A stretch of 62,948 nucleotides of DNA, counting the filler, from Octopus bimaculoides (Eukaryota): the NCBI RefSeq assembly GCF_001194135.2. It is 7 parts of 7 records of this genome, joined end to end, with 100 filler letters (N's around TTAATTAATTAA, not from the genome) between each part and the next. Parts side by side here need not be neighbours in the genome. Positions count along the whole stretch, not along the records: positions 50,187 to 56,011 come from NC_069010.1; positions 56,112 to 58,165 come from NW_026432119.1; positions 58,266 to 62,948 come from NC_069001.1; 4 more parts are not named here. One strand, written 5' to 3'. Below, in pieces: positions 50,480 to 62,204 of this stretch (position 1 is its first letter; each line of letters starts with the position of its first letter). The position numbers were made by a program, and so were the translations under genes. The notes under the pieces were generated by a model that ran no database searches, had not been told where the DNA came from, and worked only from the letters and a program-made list of their open reading frames with translations.

Positions 50480-50712
50480 AACGTGTGGTTAAGAAACTTG
50501 TTTTACAATCACATGGTTTTGGGTTCAATCCCACTTTGTGCCAATTTGAGCAACAGTCTTCTACGACACCTCCGGGTCGACCAAAGTCTTGTGCATGCAT
50601 TTGGTTTACGGAAACTCTCTGGAACCCTGTCATATGTGCATGCGTGTGTGTGTTCCCCATCAACACTTGATAACAGCGTTGGTTTGTTTGTATCCTCATA
50701 ACCTAATGGGTT
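50480..50712 (+). mobile_element. Degenerate SINE family A
   Basis: gtggttaagaaacttg...gggttcaatcccact...gggtcgaccaaagtcttgtg...cttgataacagcgttgg. Confidence 0.75.
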
Positions 50713-50746
50713 ATGGTACACCAGCAGCACTGCTGAAGCTCCCTTC

Positions 50747-51054
50747 TGTTGGAGGAGGATGCTTGAGTTTTACAAAAGCTTTGTAGCGCAGTCTTTCTTC
50801 TTATCCTTGATGGCGTGGGATACAAATTAGCCCTTTCTTATCTTGTATGGGGAATATCAAATATCCTCATACACTACCTGCCTGATAAGAAACTCAGGCA
50901 CTCCCATGTCCCTGGCGTTGGACCTGTTTCACTTGGAGGGATCGTTGTTAATTATGGCTTGGATCTCACCAACAATTTCAACAGTTCTTTTCTTATCAGA
51001 ATGATCAGAGAGAGTTTTCCGAGCTGCCAAACCTTAGTAATCACCATTTGACTC
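50747..51054 (-). pseudogene. Mariner (DD37D-like) transposase N-terminal fragment, same family as 26413-27281
   Basis: ESNGDY*GLAARKTLSDHSDKKRTVEIVGEIQAIINNDPSK..ARDMGVPEFLIRQVVYEDI..YKIRKG. Confidence 0.85.
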
Positions 51055-51338
51055 GTATGTGTGTCTGTGGAGTACTCAGCATGTTCTGTAGATCGGATCA
51101 ACTGGAACAATTGTCATTGGAACTGAAGGACTGACAGTTTTTCTCGCACTGTTGCAGCTTCAGAATGATGCCACCCCACTGGCAGGTAGGCAGGCAGGGG
51201 TTAACATTCCCCACTCCCGAACGGAATAGCCACCCCCATCGCAAGGTTACCCTCACCCCATTTACAGCTGGCTGCATTGAAGCAGCGCAAAGTGAAGTGC
51301 TCTGCTTAGAAATATATTGCACTGCTGGTCTGAGAATT

Positions 51339-52175
51339 CTTTTCTGCTATAGGCACAAGGCCCGAAATTTTTTTTTGGGGTGGGGAGGACCAGTCGATTA
51401 CATCGACCCCAGTACTCAACTTAATCCCTTTGTCTGTCCTTGTTTGTAATACCCCCATGCTCTGTGGTAGTNNNNNNNNNNNNNNNNNNNNNNNNNNNNN
51501 NNNNNNNNNNNNNNNNNNNNNNNNNNNNNNNNNNNNNNNNNNNNNNNNNNNNNNNNNNNNNNNNNNNNNNNNNNNNNNNNNNNNNNNNNNNNNNNNNNNN
51601 NNNNNNNNNNNNNNNNNNNNNNNNNNNNNNNNNNNNNNNNNNNNNNNNNNNNNNNNNNNNNNNNNNNNNNNNNNNNNNNNNNNNNNNNNNNNNNNNNNNN
51701 NNNNNNNNNNNNNNNNNNNNNNNNNNNNNNNNNNNNNNNNNNNNNNNNNNNNNNNNNNNNNNNNNNNNNNNNNNNNNNNNNNNNNNNNNNNNNNNNNNNN
51801 NNNNNNNNNNNNNNNNNNNNNNNNNNNNNNNNNNNNNNNNNNNNNNNNNNNNNNNNNNNNNNNNNNNNNNNNNNNNNNNNNNNNNNNNNNNNNNNNNNNN
51901 NNNNNNNNNNNNNNNNNNNNNNNNNNNNNNNNNNNNNNNNNNNNNNNNNNNNNNNNNNNNNNNNNNNNNNNNNNNNNNNNNNNNNNNNNNNNNNNNNNNN
52001 NNNNNNNNNNNNNNNNNNNNNNNNNNNNNNNNNNNNNNNNNNNNNNNNNNNNNNNNNNNNNNNNNNNNNNNNNNNNNNNNNNNNNNNNNNNNNNNNNNNN
52101 NNNNNNNNNNCAGTGGCAGACAAAATACCGTTAAGCATTTCGCCCGGCGTGCTAACGTTTCTGCCAGCTCGCCAC
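51339..52175 (-). mobile_element. SINE family B (tail B2) with 19-bp TSD, spanning a gap and containing a + strand B1 tail piece
   Basis: cactgctggtctgagaatt (51320-51338) and cactactggtctgagaatt (52176-52194); ttaatccctttgtctgtccttgtttg at 51421. Confidence 0.8.
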
Positions 52176-53746
52176 CACTACTGGTCTGAGAATTGAAACC
52201 ACAACACCCTAGTCTGTCTACATAGGCCTTCTCTCTAACTCATTATCACCCCCCCTCTTCTTAGTGTCCCTCTATCTCTCCTTTTCTGTCTTTCTCTTTC
52301 TCCCCCTCTCTATTTCTTTCACTCTCTCTCTCTCTCTCTATCACTCCTTCTTCCCCTCTTCCCCTCTCTCTCTCTCTATCACTCCTTCTTCCCCTCTTCC
52401 CCTCTCTCTCTTTCTCTGTTTCTCACATCCTCTCCGATTTCAATCTCAACTGTTAAACGATTTCGCCCGTAGCGTTACAAAGAGCGAGTCAAGTCGAAAC
52501 AAAAACAAAACAAAACAAGACGAAATACAAACGAAATAAATACAAAGAAAACAAACGTAATAAATAAATAAAAATAGCAAAAACTATAACAACAACAATA
52601 AATAAAGCAACATACACTAACCAACACAAACAACAAAAGTCTTTCATCGTGGCAGTGCGGTTTTCCCGCCACAATCCCAACCATGTCGTCTGCTCGTTCA
52701 ATTAAAACCTTTATCTTATTGCTAGATCTCTTCATCTAAGCACGTTTTCACTGTCCTTCTTATCTCGACTGATTTATCATTAGATTATTATTTTGTTCTT
52801 TTTTTTTTCCCCTCCTTCATTATTCAATTTCGTTACGAACGCATACGGCATGTATTAGCATATATATATATATATATCTATTTATATAGCATGTATGTAT
52901 GTATGTATGTATGAAGACTCAGACACACATATACGCAAGTGTATGTGGTGTGTATATACTGATGCATACAGCGTGTGTAATATAATAATGTGCTAGGCGT
53001 GAATAGCATGCAAATTGATATGTATCGCATGGATATTCACAGTTTTCTCACTCTTCTTCCACGGCAAACCACCATTTCGACTCGTGTCCTTTCTTTCATA
53101 CGCATGCACATGCACACACACACACATACGCATACATATGTGCATGCATATATATACTTACATACATACATACACACACACACACACATGGAGACACGCA
53201 TAAATATCTAGACACACATAGGCAGAACGACAACTACATACATACACACACACATTAACATACGCCTGGATATCTAACCAGCACTAAATCCAGGATCACG
53301 CATACACAAACACACACACACACATACACACACAAGCATATGCATATATTAATGTAAACAGACACACGCAAATACATACCCATGTACACCTGTATATATA
53401 TATACTTGTATATACATATACTCATGCGCGCACACAAACACATATACACACACATAGGCACACACACACACATATGTGTGTGTGTGTGTATATATATATA
53501 TAGTATAGGTGAACAAATGAAAGTAGCACTCAATACATGGATGTATGTTTACTCGAAGGAAATACACACCAGTGCAAACAATTTAGAAGAAAATAAGAAT
53601 TCGATAGATAAAACAGAGCAAGAGGATAAAATAATTTCTTTTAAACTAAAACTTCACAAATCCTTTCACGTCCACCAATTCTTATGCAACAAGATAGAAA
53701 TGAAAGAACAAACCCCCATCTATCTGTCTATATCTCTCTCTATCTA

Positions 53747-53777
<31 letters not shown>

Positions 53778-54463
53778 CTGCCTGTCTGTTTGTCTCTATC
53801 TATTTATCTGTCTGTCTATCTATCTATCTATCTATCTATCTCCATATCTCTCTCCCTATTCTTTCATGCTTTTACTTGTTCCAGTCATTTGACTGCGGCT
53901 ATGCTGGAGCACCGCCTGTTAAAAAGGATGCTCGTTCGACTTGAACCTACGCTCTCACTGTACATGACTGACTTACTCAGAACATAAAGACAGACAAAAT
54001 GCCACTTATCCTTCTACCCGGCATGTTAACGATTCTTTCAGCTCACGGCCCTACGTATACATATGTACACACACACACGCGCGCGCGGGCGCATATATAT
54101 GTTTTGATATTTCACTAAGTCATTGCTAGACCAAGAACCTGATGTAGAACTCAATATACGTATTCTTCAAAACAAAGTGTTCGATGAGTATAGAGCAATA
54201 ATAATAAAAAAGACTAATGAAATTCACAACCTAACCTTTTACAGCTACTCATGGTTTCATGACCGATTCATTTATTTCACTATTTTTCAAGCTGAGAACA
54301 AGAGAGTCTGGATAGTTGGTTAGGAATGTTTTTGGAAGAGCAGTCCATATGACAGAGATTCATTGTAGTGCGGAATTCTTGTATCGCAGAGCGCTCGACT
54401 TCATGGTTAATTATTTATATTATTTACATTCGATGGATATTTGTCCTCATCTTGTTTGTTGTT

Positions 54464-54509
54464 AACACAACGTTTTGGCTGATATACCCTCCAGCCTTCA
54501 TCAGGTGTC
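54464..54509 (-). ncRNA. Minimal type I hammerhead-like motif, G12 mutated (Penelope-associated)
   Basis: gacac-CTGATGA-a-ggctg(gagggtatat)cagcc-AAAA-cgt-t-gtgtt; stems I and II pair and the palindromic ACGT stem III is present. Confidence 0.6.
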
Positions 54510-55243
54510 TTGGGGGAAATTTCGAACCTGGGTTCTCATTCCTAAGGTATCTTTCGATGTTATTATTATTGTTGTTGTTTTTCTTCTTTCTTCAAATTTT
54601 CTTCCATTTCTCACCGAGTGTTTTCCTAGGGCAGAGAAGCTCATTGTATACATTCCCAGTTTACACACGCAAATTCACAGGTAAAATATTAAAAAAACAT
54701 TAATAGATAAATAAATTCNNNNNNNNNNNNNNNNNNNNNNNNNNNNNNNNNNNNNNNNNNNNNNNNNNNNNNNNNNNNNNNNNNNNNNNNNNNNNNNNNN
54801 NNNNNNNNNNNNNNNNNNNNNNNNNNNNNNNNNNNNNNNNNNNNNNNNNNNNNNNNNNNNNNNNNNNNNNNNNNNNNNNNNNNNNNNNNNNNNNNNNNNN
54901 NNNNNNNNNNNNNNNNNNNNNNNNNNNNNNNNNNNNNNNNNNNNNNNNNNNNNNNNNNNNNNNNNNNNNNNNNNNNNNNNNNNNNNNNNNNNNNNNNNNN
55001 NNNNNNNNNNNNNNNNNNNNNNNNNNNNNNNNNNNNNNNNNNNNNNNNNNNNNNNNNNNNNNNNNNNNNNNNNNNNNNNNNNNNNNNNNNNNNNNNNNNN
55101 NNNNNNNNNNNNNNNNNNNNNNNNNNNNNNNNNNNNNNNNNNNNNNNNNNNNNNNNNNNNNNNNNNNNNNNNNNNNNNNNNNNNNNNNNNNCAATATCTC
55201 TGCCTTCGCTAAGGCATAGGTAATAATAATAATAATAATAATA

Positions 55244-55314
<71 letters not shown>

Positions 55315-55419
55315 GTGATGAAAACTCACAACTTATTTTGCTAGGTATGATGGAAAGTGTCAGTTGTCTACAGCCAGCAGACTAAGGCGCCACTTGTTTA
55401 CTGGTCATGCTTCAAGAAC

Positions 55420-55545
55420 CATGCAATGGTCATGTGTTTGATACCCAGTGGTGCATTGTGCTCTTGAGCAAGGCACTTTGTTTCATGTTGCTGCAGTCTA
55501 CTCATCTACAAAATATTAGTAGTTCTGTGTCGTGCTGAATCTCAT
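55420..55545 (+). mobile_element. Degenerate CORE-type SINE fragment
   Basis: gtttgatacc...cttgagcaaggcactttgtttcatgttgctgcagtctactca. Confidence 0.6.
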
Positions 55546-55631
55546 CACAAACTCAGTAGCAGTTTGTGAGGCCTTAATCAGCTTTAATCACACACACATG
55601 CATGCACATGCATACATGTGTATGTATGTAT

Positions 55632-56001
55632 GACTATGTGGTAAGAAGCTTGCTTACCAACCACAGGGTTCTGGGTTCAGTCCCACTGCATGACACCTTA
55701 GGCAAATGCCTTCTACTACAGCCTCAGGCTGACCAAAGCCTTGTGAGTGGATTTGGGAGATGGAAACTGAAAGAAGCCCATCATATTTGTGTGTGTCTGT
55801 GTTTGTCTCCCACCACCACTTGGCAACAAGTGTTGGTGTCTTTACGTTCCTGTAACTTAGCGGTTCAGCAAAATAGTCCGATAGAATACATACTTGGCTT
55901 TAAAAATATGTCCTGGGGTCGATTTGTTCGACTAGAACCTTTCAAGGCAGTGCTGCAGCATGGCCGCAGTCAAATGACTGAGACAAGTAAAGGAATAAAA
56001 G
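55632..56001 (+). mobile_element. SINE family A, full length, CpG-decayed
   Basis: gtggtaagaagcttgcttaccaaccac through catggccgcagtcaaatgactgagacaagtaaaggaataaaag. Confidence 0.92.
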
Positions 56002-56011
56002 TATATATATA

Positions 56012-56111
56012 NNNNNNNNNNNNNNNNNNNNNNNNNNNNNNNNNNNNNNNNNNNNTTAATTAATTAANNNNNNNNNNNNNNNNNNNNNNNNNNNNNNNNN
56101 NNNNNNNNNNN
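56012..56111. other. Artificial scaffold join 5
   Basis: 44 N + TTAATTAATTAA (56056-56067) + 44 N. Confidence 0.95.
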
Positions 56112-56112
56112 G

Positions 56113-56402
56113 ACTGGCTCCCGTAGGATTTTCGAGTGAGATCGTTGCCAGTGCCCCTGGGCTGGCTTGTGCGGGTGGCACATAAAAGACACCATTTCGA
56201 GCGTGGCCGTTTTCGTGCGGGTGACACATAAAAGCACCCACTACACTCTCTGAGTGGTTGGCGTTAGGAAGGGCATCCAGCTGTAGAAACTCTGCCAAAT
56301 TAGATTGGAGCCTGGTGTTGCCATCCGGTTTCACCAGTCCTCAGTCAAATCGTCCAACCCATGCTAGCATGGAAAGCGGACGTTAAACGATGATGATGAT
56401 GA
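56113..56402 (+). mobile_element. RTE-type retroposon 3' end (family C) with (GAT)n tail
   Basis: gagtggttggcgttaggaagggcatccagctg...ggaaagcggacgttaaacgatgatgatgat; an inverted fragment lies at 60928-60965. Confidence 0.8.
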
Positions 56403-56478
56403 TATATATGATTAATAAATTCAAAAGAGGATAAAAATCTGTAACGGTATCGTTATTGGAGACGGAAGGGTCACCAAT

Positions 56479-57328
56479 TGTAACGGTAGGTGTTGGTTTG
56501 TTGCGATGTGCTGCAGGATGCACAAGATGAACAATTCATGAAGTTTTAAAGAAATATTTATTTTTACCGTTACTTAAATAGTTGCCATACCACGACGGGT
56601 AGGTTAGTGTAATCGTATAATGCAGTTCTTAAAACATGCAAGGAAAAGAAAGTTAATTTTGGCCTGTATAGGTGTGTACACATTCTTGTAGTAGTAAACA
56701 GATAAAAAGACAGGGTAAGGTTACCGAGTAAAGATATGAGAGCTACTGATAGTTATAGCGTCGAGGGAAGTTGTGTTTCATAGTTGGCTGGTTGTAAACT
56801 TCTTTCTCCCTTTAGTCGTGTTGTCTTTTAGGTGGCTGACTGCTTGTGACTATATCTGTAGATGTCCATTCCCTAACTGCTGGTTGTCACGAGTTGCTTC
56901 ACTCCGTTGTCGCCAAGTGACCACTGACTGTTTGGCTTGGGGTCTCCTGTTTTTATAGCTATCTAGAAGGATACTGAGAACAAAGGATTTAGCTGGCGGT
57001 CTTGTTATCTCTATTCTAGATTTGATGGAGTAGAAAAGGTCAGAAAGAGTCAAGTGGTGGAGACACCGCTACAGCCTAGCTAAAGGCGTCTGGGACATAT
57101 CTAACTGCTGTCAGATCAAAACCGTTGTTCCACCGTGGGAAAAGTTCTGACGCAGTGTTAATTCAAATTTGGGTATAGTGGGTCGAATCCACTTCATGCC
57201 TGCAAGATTCCTATAAATCTTTTACAAGAATTTTATCAGGAAGCCAGTGTGTAAAAAAATTCATAAGGGAAATTTCTATTCCCAAGAATATAATTATTCG
57301 TTTATATTTATATAAGGGCATTACTACA
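56479..57328 (-). mobile_element. Probable solo LTR (~850 bp)
   Basis: On the - strand: starts TGTAGT (57328), TATAAAA (56957-56951), AATAAA (56562-56557), ends CCGTTACA (56479). 4-bp flanks caat / gaat; no ORF. Confidence 0.55.
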
Positions 57329-57428
57329 GAATAATGCCACACACTGGACTTCCCAAATAAACACATTTAGTATCTAATGTAAGGAAAACAACCAACAGAA
57401 GAAAACCAACTTTCTTTTAAATAACTCA

Positions 57429-57490
57429 ACTATGTATCGACTGATTTCGCGATTACTAGAATGAATCTAGATTTCGTTCATCAGCATAGT
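57429..57490 (-). ncRNA. Type I hammerhead-ribozyme-like motif with intact core
   Basis: actatg-CTGATGA-a(cga aat ctaga ttcat tctag taa tcg)c-GAAA-tc(agtc)ga-TA-catagt: 6-bp stem I, 3-bp stem III, stem II with an internal loop and an A-C first pair. Confidence 0.6.
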
Positions 57491-57721
57491 ATGGTTCAAA
57501 ACATATATAAATAAACAGAATTCTCACCTCACCAAAAACGAACACTCTACGTATCCGACAAAGCAAAGGGAATGAAGTTTATCTGTATATATCTTCATCA
57601 AAGAAGCGGGAATACTTCTGGGTTGTTTTTGGTACACGTGTGGAGACAGGATTAAAAATTCAGCATTGAATATATTCCGTGTATATATTTGATTAATAAA
57701 TTCAAAAAAGGATAAAAATCT

Positions 57722-58052
57722 TATATATATTAATTCATAAATATATATATATATTTATTAATTCATAAAAGAATATAAGGATAAAAATCACGTTAATGAT
57801 TTTTATCAAGTAGTCAGCATGCTATAAAAATTTATAGGCAATTAATACATTAAATTAATAATAATGTACATACGTATATAATTATATCAAGGGAGATAGG
57901 GTGAAAACGACCTGTCTCTAGCATGCTTGAAATGCCAATACCTTCAAAAAACTATATATATTAATTCATAAATATATATATATATTTATTAATTCATAAA
58001 AGAATATAAGGATAAAAATCACGTTAATGATTTTTATCAAGTAGTCAGCATG
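57722..58052. repeat. Exact 100-bp direct duplication, 231 bp apart
   Basis: 57722-57821 equals 57953-58052 (tatatatattaattcataa...caagtagtcagcatg). Confidence 0.9.
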
Positions 58053-58165
58053 AAGGTAGTTTTTTTAGCTGGAGCTAAATATACATATGGCTGAAAGCAG
58101 GCTAATGAGAGAAATTTAAAAAGACCTCACGTTAATTGTGAATTGGTTCCAATTTCTGGATTAAA

Positions 58166-58265
58166 NNNNNNNNNNNNNNNNNNNNNNNNNNNNNNNNNNN
58201 NNNNNNNNNTTAATTAATTAANNNNNNNNNNNNNNNNNNNNNNNNNNNNNNNNNNNNNNNNNNNN
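58166..58265. other. Artificial scaffold join 6
   Basis: 44 N + TTAATTAATTAA (58210-58221) + 44 N. Confidence 0.95.
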
Positions 58266-58366
58266 TATATATATACACATATATATATACACACACATAT
58301 ATATACACACACACCCATATATACTCTATGTGTATATATATATGTGTGTGTGTGTATATATGCATA

Positions 58367-58397
<31 letters not shown>

Positions 58398-58808
58398 GTG
58401 CGTGTGTGTGTGTGTATATATACAGAATTTTGACAAAATAATGGAAACATCTTAGCCTCATAAATTTGAAATCTCTATAAAACCGTCAAAAGCTTGTTTA
58501 TTTTTATGATTTTTGATTTATCATTAGTGTTGCTTAATATGTTTTGCTAAAATTGCTGTTTCATATATACTAGTATTATAACCAGATTTCATTTGGGTCT
58601 ACTTGGGCCACAATTTAAAGATGAAGAATTTTGCCCTAGAGGCCACGCCTTTCAATTGAGCAAACACAACATTGCCATGCAAACTCCCCTATCATTTTTA
58701 ACATAGGTGTGCAAATATTCAGGTCAATCCGACCACATTTACTAACACTTTTGCCTGCTCAACAGCTTGTGAGACAACGTCCATCCTTTTCAAAAATATA
58801 TAGTAGAT

Positions 58809-58840
<32 letters not shown>

Positions 58841-58844
58841 CACA

Positions 58845-59222
58845 CTCTTTACTCTCTTTCTACTCTTTTACTTGTTTCAGTCATTTGACTGTGGCCATGC
58901 TGTAGCAGCGCTTTTAGTCGAGCAAATCGACGCCAGGACTTATTTTTTTGGCAGCCTAGTANNNNNNNNNNNNNNNNNNNNNNNNNNNNNNNNNNNNNNN
59001 NNNNNNNNNNNNNNNNNNNNNNNNNNNNNNNNNNNNNNNNNNNNNNNNNNNNNNNNNGTATCTTAGAGATACTGCCACGCTGAAAAATAGCAGTCAAATC
59101 CTGACTCTAAAACCACAATAAATGTCCACATAGTATAATTTTAATTAATTATTACCTTTGATGGTTTTTATTCCCATGCTGGCCACTTGATAAGATCAAT
59201 ATTTTAAATATCGATCTTATCC

Positions 59223-59270
<48 letters not shown>

Positions 59271-59870
59271 GTATATATGTATATCATTTATCTTTTACCT
59301 TCTATCATTATACTGCAGCTATATTGGATCCCCGACTTGAAGAGTCGAATGAATCGATCTGAATACTTATGTTTTTAAAGCCAGATACTTATTCTATCGT
59401 ACTCTTTTACCAAACCGCTACATTACTCGGATGTAAACACACTAACGCTGGTTGTCAAATGGTGATGGTGGTTGAATAAACCTAGATTCAAAGGCACACA
59501 CACACACACACACATATATATACGACGTGCTTCTTTCAATTTCCATTTAACGAATCCACTCGTAAGTCTATGGTCGGCCCGAGGCTACAATTAAAGACAC
59601 TGGTCCAAGGTACCACGAAACGGGACTGAACCTGAGATCGTGTATGTACATGCATATATCTATTCTTTTACCTTGTGTCTTTTACTTGCTTCAGTCACTG
59701 GACTGCAGCTATGGTGGGGAACCTATATTAGCAGTATAGTTGTAAAAATAGACACCAGTAATTAATTTAAAATTCTGGTTCTTATTCAATGGATAACTTT
59801 TGCCGAACCACAGAGTGATGTGGTAAACGATCAAACCATCACTGGTCATCAAATGGTAGTAGAAGGATAC
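58845..59870 (-). mobile_element. Three family-A SINE pieces (58845-58961, 59285-59645, 59665-59870)
   Basis: Each starts with a ttttacttg.ttcagtca.t.gactg-like tail; the middle copy also has the head region. Confidence 0.75.
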
Positions 59871-59880
59871 ACTCAAACTC

Positions 59881-59919
<39 letters not shown>

Positions 59920-60076
59920 ATGCAGCTCAGAGGGTGCTATACAAAGCAAAACAACCCTCCATACACACCGCACAGTAGCGGCATCAGCTGTCTCTGAAAT
60001 TTCCTGAAGAAGAGGTCGTAATGATAGAAATATCAGTTTTGTGACTAGCATTATTTTCACTTTGTCATAAATTCTT

Positions 60077-60123
<47 letters not shown>

Positions 60124-60859
60124 GCATATTGTATGTAAGTATATGTGTGTGTATTTATGTGTGTGTACGTGTTTGAGGGTGTGCATTATATATACGATAG
60201 AGAAACAGAAAGATCGGCAAAGTACAGTGAACATGCTGTAGAGAGTAAAAAAAAAACAACGTTTCGGACAGCGTTCTTCTTCACAGAAAAATTGAAAAAG
60301 TAGAAAGTCTGGCTGCAGCTGATAAGGAACGCGAGACTATTGGAATAAAGAAGAATAGAATGAGGCTGAGAAGCGGGCAAAATCGAGTGAGAGGTGGAAG
60401 GTTGAGAAGTGAGTCGAAGGATAATAATCCAGTATAATAGTCTAAAGTGTTCAATTTAAAATCTGCTGTCTCTCATTAATTTCTCTCCTGTTAACTTTTC
60501 CCTGAAGAAAGAATATTTCGAATGATGGAGTCTTCCATTCCCTACGGCTAATAATCTGTATTCTTTCTATCGCGTTTCCTTAATAAATCAAGTCTTGCTG
60601 ACGCAGGTACTCACCAGTCTCTTCGGAGTCCGATCATATTATATATGTATATATATATATATATATAATATAGATAATATATAAATATATGCATATATCC
60701 TTATATATATGTACATGCCTACATGTATATGTAAACATACATGCATATATGGGTACAGGACATAAAAAAAAATTTAAAAAACCGTAAACACAATGAGAAA
60801 CAAAAACAGAAAACGAGACATGCAACATAAAGAGTATACCCCTTCGTTAGTTGTCGCTT

Positions 60860-60916
<57 letters not shown>

Positions 60917-61344
60917 NNNNNNNNNNCAGCTGGATGCCCTTCCTAACGCCAACCACTCAGAGAGTATGTATATATATACATACACACACACATATATGCA
61001 TATACAGGCATATATGCGTGCGTGTGCGTTTATATGTGTACACGTGTGTATATTTGTATGTATATACACATACATACATATGTCTATGCATGTATGTATA
61101 TGTTTATATTCATAAGCCCGGTTCCCCAGTGTCAAATGCGTGTAACTGAAGGAGGAGAAAGTCAGATAGACAGGCAGGCAGACAGACAGATATATGGCCA
61201 GAACGAGAACGTTAAAACTTAGTGCACATGCACAGCAGAGTTCATAAGTCAGTCTTTGATAAGCAGCGTTACTCTACCTACATTAGCTTCGTTACTATGA
61301 CAACAGTCCAGGTACTTATTGATCAGACCTCATGTGTGTGTAAT

Positions 61345-61663
61345 CTTTTTTATGTGTTTCAGTCATTTGACTGCGGCCATGCTGGAGCACCGCCTTTAGT
61401 CGAGCAAATCGACCCCTAGGACTCATTCTATCGGTCTGTTTTGATGAATCGCTAGGTTACGAGGATGTAAACACACCACCATTGGTTGTCAAGCGATGTT
61501 GGGGGGACAAACACAGACACACAAACATATACACACACAAACATATACACACACACACATATATATATACATATATACGACGGGCTTCTTTCAGTTTCCA
61601 TCTACCAAATCCACTCACAAGGCTTTGGTCGGCCTGAGGCTATAGTAGAAGACACTTGCCCAA
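61345..61663 (-). mobile_element. SINE family A, 5'-truncated at the CORE-like box
   Basis: cagtcatttgactgcggccatgctggagcaccgcc...gaagacacttgcccaag. Confidence 0.9.
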
Positions 61664-62204
61664 GCATTACACTACACCGTAATTAAGAACAGGAAACAAT
61701 GCTACATGAGTTGATAATACTGTTATTCCTATATAGAATTCCTCCCAAAACTAGAAGATTAACTCTAGAAGTTTTCTTTATATTAAATTACAAATCCCAA
61801 ATCAACAAACAGCTACAGCATACTGGAAAGAAACTATGAATATAAGCGGGTTTTGAGAGTTAATCAATATTAAATCCAATGTTGACGATTTTGTAAGTTA
61901 CATCGTTCTCATCGTCTCTGACAGTTTATTTCAAAATACTGCAATAAGCCATCACTATTTACATTTTATTCACGATGTGAAGGTAGGAGGGACTCACAAA
62001 CTAAGACAAAAAAATTAAAGCATATTTAAAGCACATACACACCACCATTTCTTCAAAATGGTATGTATACATACATACTTACATATACATGTGTGTATGC
62101 GAACGTGCGTGCCTGTTTGTACTTTTTATTAAAGCCATTCCATTACCATTGTGTCTTTTTCCAGCCTGCAGCTTCTTCATCTTTGTAAGGCTGCATAGCC
62201 AATT

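Noticed and set aside
60257-60292. Further hammerhead-like strings (also about 40410-40450 and 59995-60040)
   Set aside because: Core or stem I/II pairing is too damaged to support a call beyond possible Penelope debris
145-61686. Most ORF-track entries (IY/YI, CV/HT, LSIY, poly-I/N/T/S/E and X-rich ORFs)
   Set aside because: They are translations of (TA)n, (CA)n, (GATA)n, (TATG)n, trinucleotide tracts, SINE bodies or N gaps
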